From contig CM059432.1 of the NCBI GenBank assembly GCA_030390025.1, positions 45,882,001-45,946,000 of the forward strand: a DNA stretch of 64,000 nt. Direction: 5' to 3'. The notes beneath the pieces were generated by a model. The model did not search any database. It saw only the letters and a list, made by a program, of their open reading frames with translations, and was not told the DNA's origin. A program made the translations under genes and the position numbers. This DNA is from Squalus acanthias. Its lineage: Eukaryota. Shown here in pieces: positions 61,801-64,000 of the stretch. Within the stretch, counting starts at the first letter, position 1. Each line of letters begins with the position of its first letter.

Positions 61801-62819
61801 CCATGGTCGATGAGTATTCCCATTTTCCGTTTGCCTTTCCCTGCCCCAATATGCTGACGACCACGGTTATCAGCTGCCTTGAGCAGGTATTTGCTTTCTG
61901 TGGCATGGCATCCTATGTTCATTCGGATCGGGGCCCTTCTTTTATGTCAGGAGAACTCAAGGCCTATCTCTCGGAACGGGGTATTGCTGCCAGCAGAACG
62001 ACGCCTTATCATCCGGTCGGGAATGGGCAAGTCGAGCGTTTTAACGCTATCATCTGGAATGCGGTACGTCTGGCTTTGAGATCTCGGGGCCTACCCAACC
62101 AGCAATGGGAAGCAGTACTTCCAGACGCATTACACTCCACACGGTCCCTCCTTTCGACCGCCACAAATACGACGCCTCATGAACGGTTCTTCCGATTTCA
62201 GCGTCGCTCATCCTATGGGCTATCTCTCCCGTCGTGGCTGACTGCACCGGGACCAGTGCTACTCCGAAGATATGTCCGGGCGTCTAAGAATGACCCCCTG
62301 GTAGATGAGGTTGAGCTCACTGACGTCAACCCTACCTACGCCTATATTCGGTATCCTGACGGTCGGGAATCTACCGTGTCATTGCGGGATCTGGCTCCCT
62401 GCCCGCCGAAACATAGAGGGACACCAGGGGATGACATTGTACCAGGCACATCTCTGGGCTCGCCAGGTGCCTCTCATCACGATCTGGATCTGACGCCGAC
62501 TGGTACCTCACTCCAGCGTGCCGACCTGGGGCAGACTGACTATGAGCCCGTCGGGGCTCGCACGCACAGCCACGATCCACCCCGTACCATACGCTCGGAA
62601 ACGGATCTGCCACAGCCCTGCCCGACACCCGTTCGGGCACCAGTACACAGTCAGGATCGTCCTGACCCCTCACAGAGCGGGCTCTTTCACTCGGACTCTG
62701 GTCCACGGCCCGCGGCGGGTAAACGGGCTAGGGGCCCTCTACCGCTACGAGAACCCAAACGGGTGCGGCTCTCCCTCGTCCGGCGGCTACGAAATGGAGG
62801 GAGCATCCCGGCCTCCTAA
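58863..62819 (+). CDS. Gag-Pol polyprotein, 1318 aa (Gag, two CCHC knuckles, protease, RT, RNase H, integrase)
   Basis: Knuckles CFFCGDEFHPRKFC and CSHCNKKGHFAKVC; protease LIDSGS; RT DLKSAYHQ, LPFG, YLDN; RNase H CDAS...EKE...TDQ; integrase H-x4-H...CRVC, IDFKG, HSDRG, GQVERFN. The PR-RT-RH-IN order is the Ty3/Gypsy order. Confidence 0.97.
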   Translation: MENILKPSRLDLDPNTPAAGKVWKHWYRTFDNFLEYCKADDDTKLRILINCVTPNVFQYVEEWGSYEEAIRTLKRLYTKTPNEVYARHLLATAQQGPEESIDKFLQELRRLSMDCNFQAASAELYREEMIRDAFICGLASPFIRQRLLESKTLELQRAYDMACSLDLAKRNADLYTVPRPRSAALTTVRQFKRPQVNSIREDFIPDDQSDDFTDEEDDDPTVAASWQSKKCFFCGDEFHPRKFCPARNAFCSHCNKKGHFAKVCLSRASTRAYQAKSYRTAPVRAYQDVPAKIYRASSRVFSRRNTPRVSATLCATTPITAACPQNLFHAATKASINGHTLDALIDSGSTDSFIREQIVAELKLHVFPSDQAIAMAQPSLNTRISGFCMVEITLNGRRYPSTRLSVLKDLCSDLILGLDFQKQHKKLTIEFGGSKPELTISNIRPRLPFCALSAASLDEPSLFTSIPPRCKPIITKSRRFSQEDQSFIAAEISRLLAEDIIEPCSSPWRAQVVIVKNPLQPHKKWLCIDYSQTINQYTDLDAYPLPRIDDMVNKLAEYTVFSTYDLKSAYHQVPLKVSDKQYTAFEANGRLYQFRRLPFGVTNGVAVFQRAMDDLVKQEDLKDTFPYLDNITVAGRNQREHDTNLQRFWDALQHRNLTLNAAKSIESQPTINILGYCVGNGIIKPDPERLRPLQELPPPKNPASLRRALGLFAYYAKWIPNFSDRIQPLLKASTFPLDTAAVAAFNLLKKQLEKAALHSIDESLPFVVECDASEVAISATLNQEGRPVAFLSRTFQGAELHYPPVEKEATAIIEAVRKWTHLLAHQHFTLITDQRSVAFMLDNRKRTKIKNNKIQLWRLELASFGYTIHYRPGKENVAPDTLTRAFCSAMAPSTLVDIHDGLCHLGVTRMLHFVRSRNLPFSTGDVKKMCSDCRVCAELKPQFFRPSGGILIQATQPMQRLSIDFKGPLPSSTRNTYLLTMVDEYSHFPFAFPCPNMLTTTVISCLEQVFAFCGMASYVHSDRGPSFMSGELKAYLSERGIAASRTTPYHPVGNGQVERFNAIIWNAVRLALRSRGLPNQQWEAVLPDALHSTRSLLSTATNTTPHERFFRFQRRSSYGLSLPSWLTAPGPVLLRRYVRASKNDPLVDEVELTDVNPTYAYIRYPDGRESTVSLRDLAPCPPKHRGTPGDDIVPGTSLGSPGASHHDLDLTPTGTSLQRADLGQTDYEPVGARTHSHDPPRTIRSETDLPQPCPTPVRAPVHSQDRPDPSQSGLFHSDSGPRPAAGKRARGPLPLREPKRVRLSLVRRLRNGGSIPAS

Positions 62820-62837
62820 TCTTTTGGGGGGGGAGAA

Positions 62838-63031
62838 TGTGGTAACACAATACAGCTTCCTGTGACTCGAACTTTATTGCATCACTTCCTGTGATTAGTC
62901 CAGGATAAATACTGGACTGAGCAGTTGGATCCTGGAGAGGCATAGAGTAAGACCTCTTTTGTATGTAGCACCTTTTTAGTTGATTAAAGCTTACTTTAAG
63001 TTCACCACGCGTAAGGCTCATTCTTACGACA
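62838..63031 (+). repeat. 3' LTR
   Basis: TGTGGTAAC...TACGACA; contains ATTAAA. Confidence 0.95.
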
Positions 63032-64000
63032 ATTATTCCTTATCTCCACCCAAACTGTTTCATTATCCTGATCCTTTGACCCAAAATAATTTCTCTGTAA
63101 TACAGTGATTCCTTCCTTTATTAACATAGCTACCCCACCTCCTCTTCCTTCCTGTCTGTCCTTCCTGATTGTTAAATACCCTGGCATATTTAATTCCCAG
63201 TCGTTGTCACCCTGCAGCCATGTTTCTGTAATGGCCACAAGATCATACCCATACGTAGTTATTTGTACCGTCAATTCGTCTATTTTGTTACGAATGCTGC
63301 GTGCATTCAGATAAAGAACTTTTAAATATGTTTTGTGACAATTTATTCCTGCTTTTACCCCCTTTACTACTTTACCTTTATCTTTATATATTCTGTCCCT
63401 TCCTGACACGCTCTGGTTTTTAATTACCCCACTGCTACTTTGCTCTATTGCCTTCTCCGCTGACATTTTTATTTTTTGCTCTCTTGAAACCTCCCCCCCA
63501 CTAATTAGTTTAAAGCCTTCTCTACAGCCCTAGTTATTCGATTCGCCAGGACTCTGACTGAATGAATAATGACTGAACAATCACTGAAACTCAGTAAGAC
63601 ACTTCTCAATGTGCACTCAGATCAGTCCAATAAGGGGCACTTTTTGAAAAAGAGATTTCACTGTATGACAACACATTACCAGAAACTTCACATGGACATT
63701 GACTAAACCTTTCACGTGCCCACCCTTGTGTGTTGTTAGTTGGTATGCTTGCAGTGGAATGCGGGTGAGTGTGAAGGGTGGCTAGTGAGATGGGGAAGTG
63801 ATAAAGTAGATAGAGAGGGTTGGGTGGAGGTGTAAGGTAAGTTGGTGTCCTGGGGAGGTCTCTTCCACCCTTGGAAGGGAAGAGAACCTCCCTGCGTACT
63901 GTGACTCCCTTCATAAGCATATGGAGGGAGGCATTGGAGGGCACGGGTGCAAGAGTTCACCTTGGTGCAGTGAGTATCAGTGTTTTCAGCACCTCAATGC

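Larger units (their letters stand above)
58591..63031 (+). mobile_element. Full-length Ty3/Gypsy LTR retrotransposon (4441 bp)
   Basis: 194-bp TG...CA LTRs; 5-bp TSD ATTAT; polypurine tract GGGGGGGGAGAA before the 3' LTR; single gag-pol ORF. Confidence 0.97.
55868..63558 (-). mobile_element. Young CR1/HER1 LINE with full ORF2 (EN+RT), interrupted by a Gypsy element
   Basis: ORF1 end RVLANRITRAVEKALN* (~63500-63555); EN 63037-63466; continuation 57608-58590; RT/C-terminus 56068-57594; (CATAAGAA)n tail. Confidence 0.95.

Overview
This is a repeat-saturated vertebrate window, most likely from a cartilaginous fish (shark), judging by HER1/CR1-type LINEs, L2 and Harbinger families. No host gene can be called with confidence. 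Contents: (i) many CR1/HER1 and L2 LINE fragments; (ii) two Penelope-like (GIY-YIG) 3' fragments, each ending in a minimal hammerhead ribozyme motif and inserted into a decayed Harbinger transposase; (iii) several Harbinger MITEs, one carrying a 1.6-kb TG..CA solo LTR; (iv) a ~6.6-kb G-rich 22-23-bp minisatellite with a ~2.05-kb higher-order duplication; (v) a near-intact two-gene PIF/Harbinger transposon (44463-48610) nested with three LINE insertions inside one older CR1; (vi) a Ty3/Gypsy retrotransposon (58591-63031) with a single uninterrupted 1318-aa ORF, inserted in a young CR1. The most interesting signal is in the Gypsy element. It has no tRNA primer-binding site; instead, the 11 nt after the 5' LTR are complementary to a sequence inside the LTR. 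This suggests Tf1-style self-priming in an element with no visible chromodomain and a YLDN RT motif. All calls were made by eye, with no database searches.
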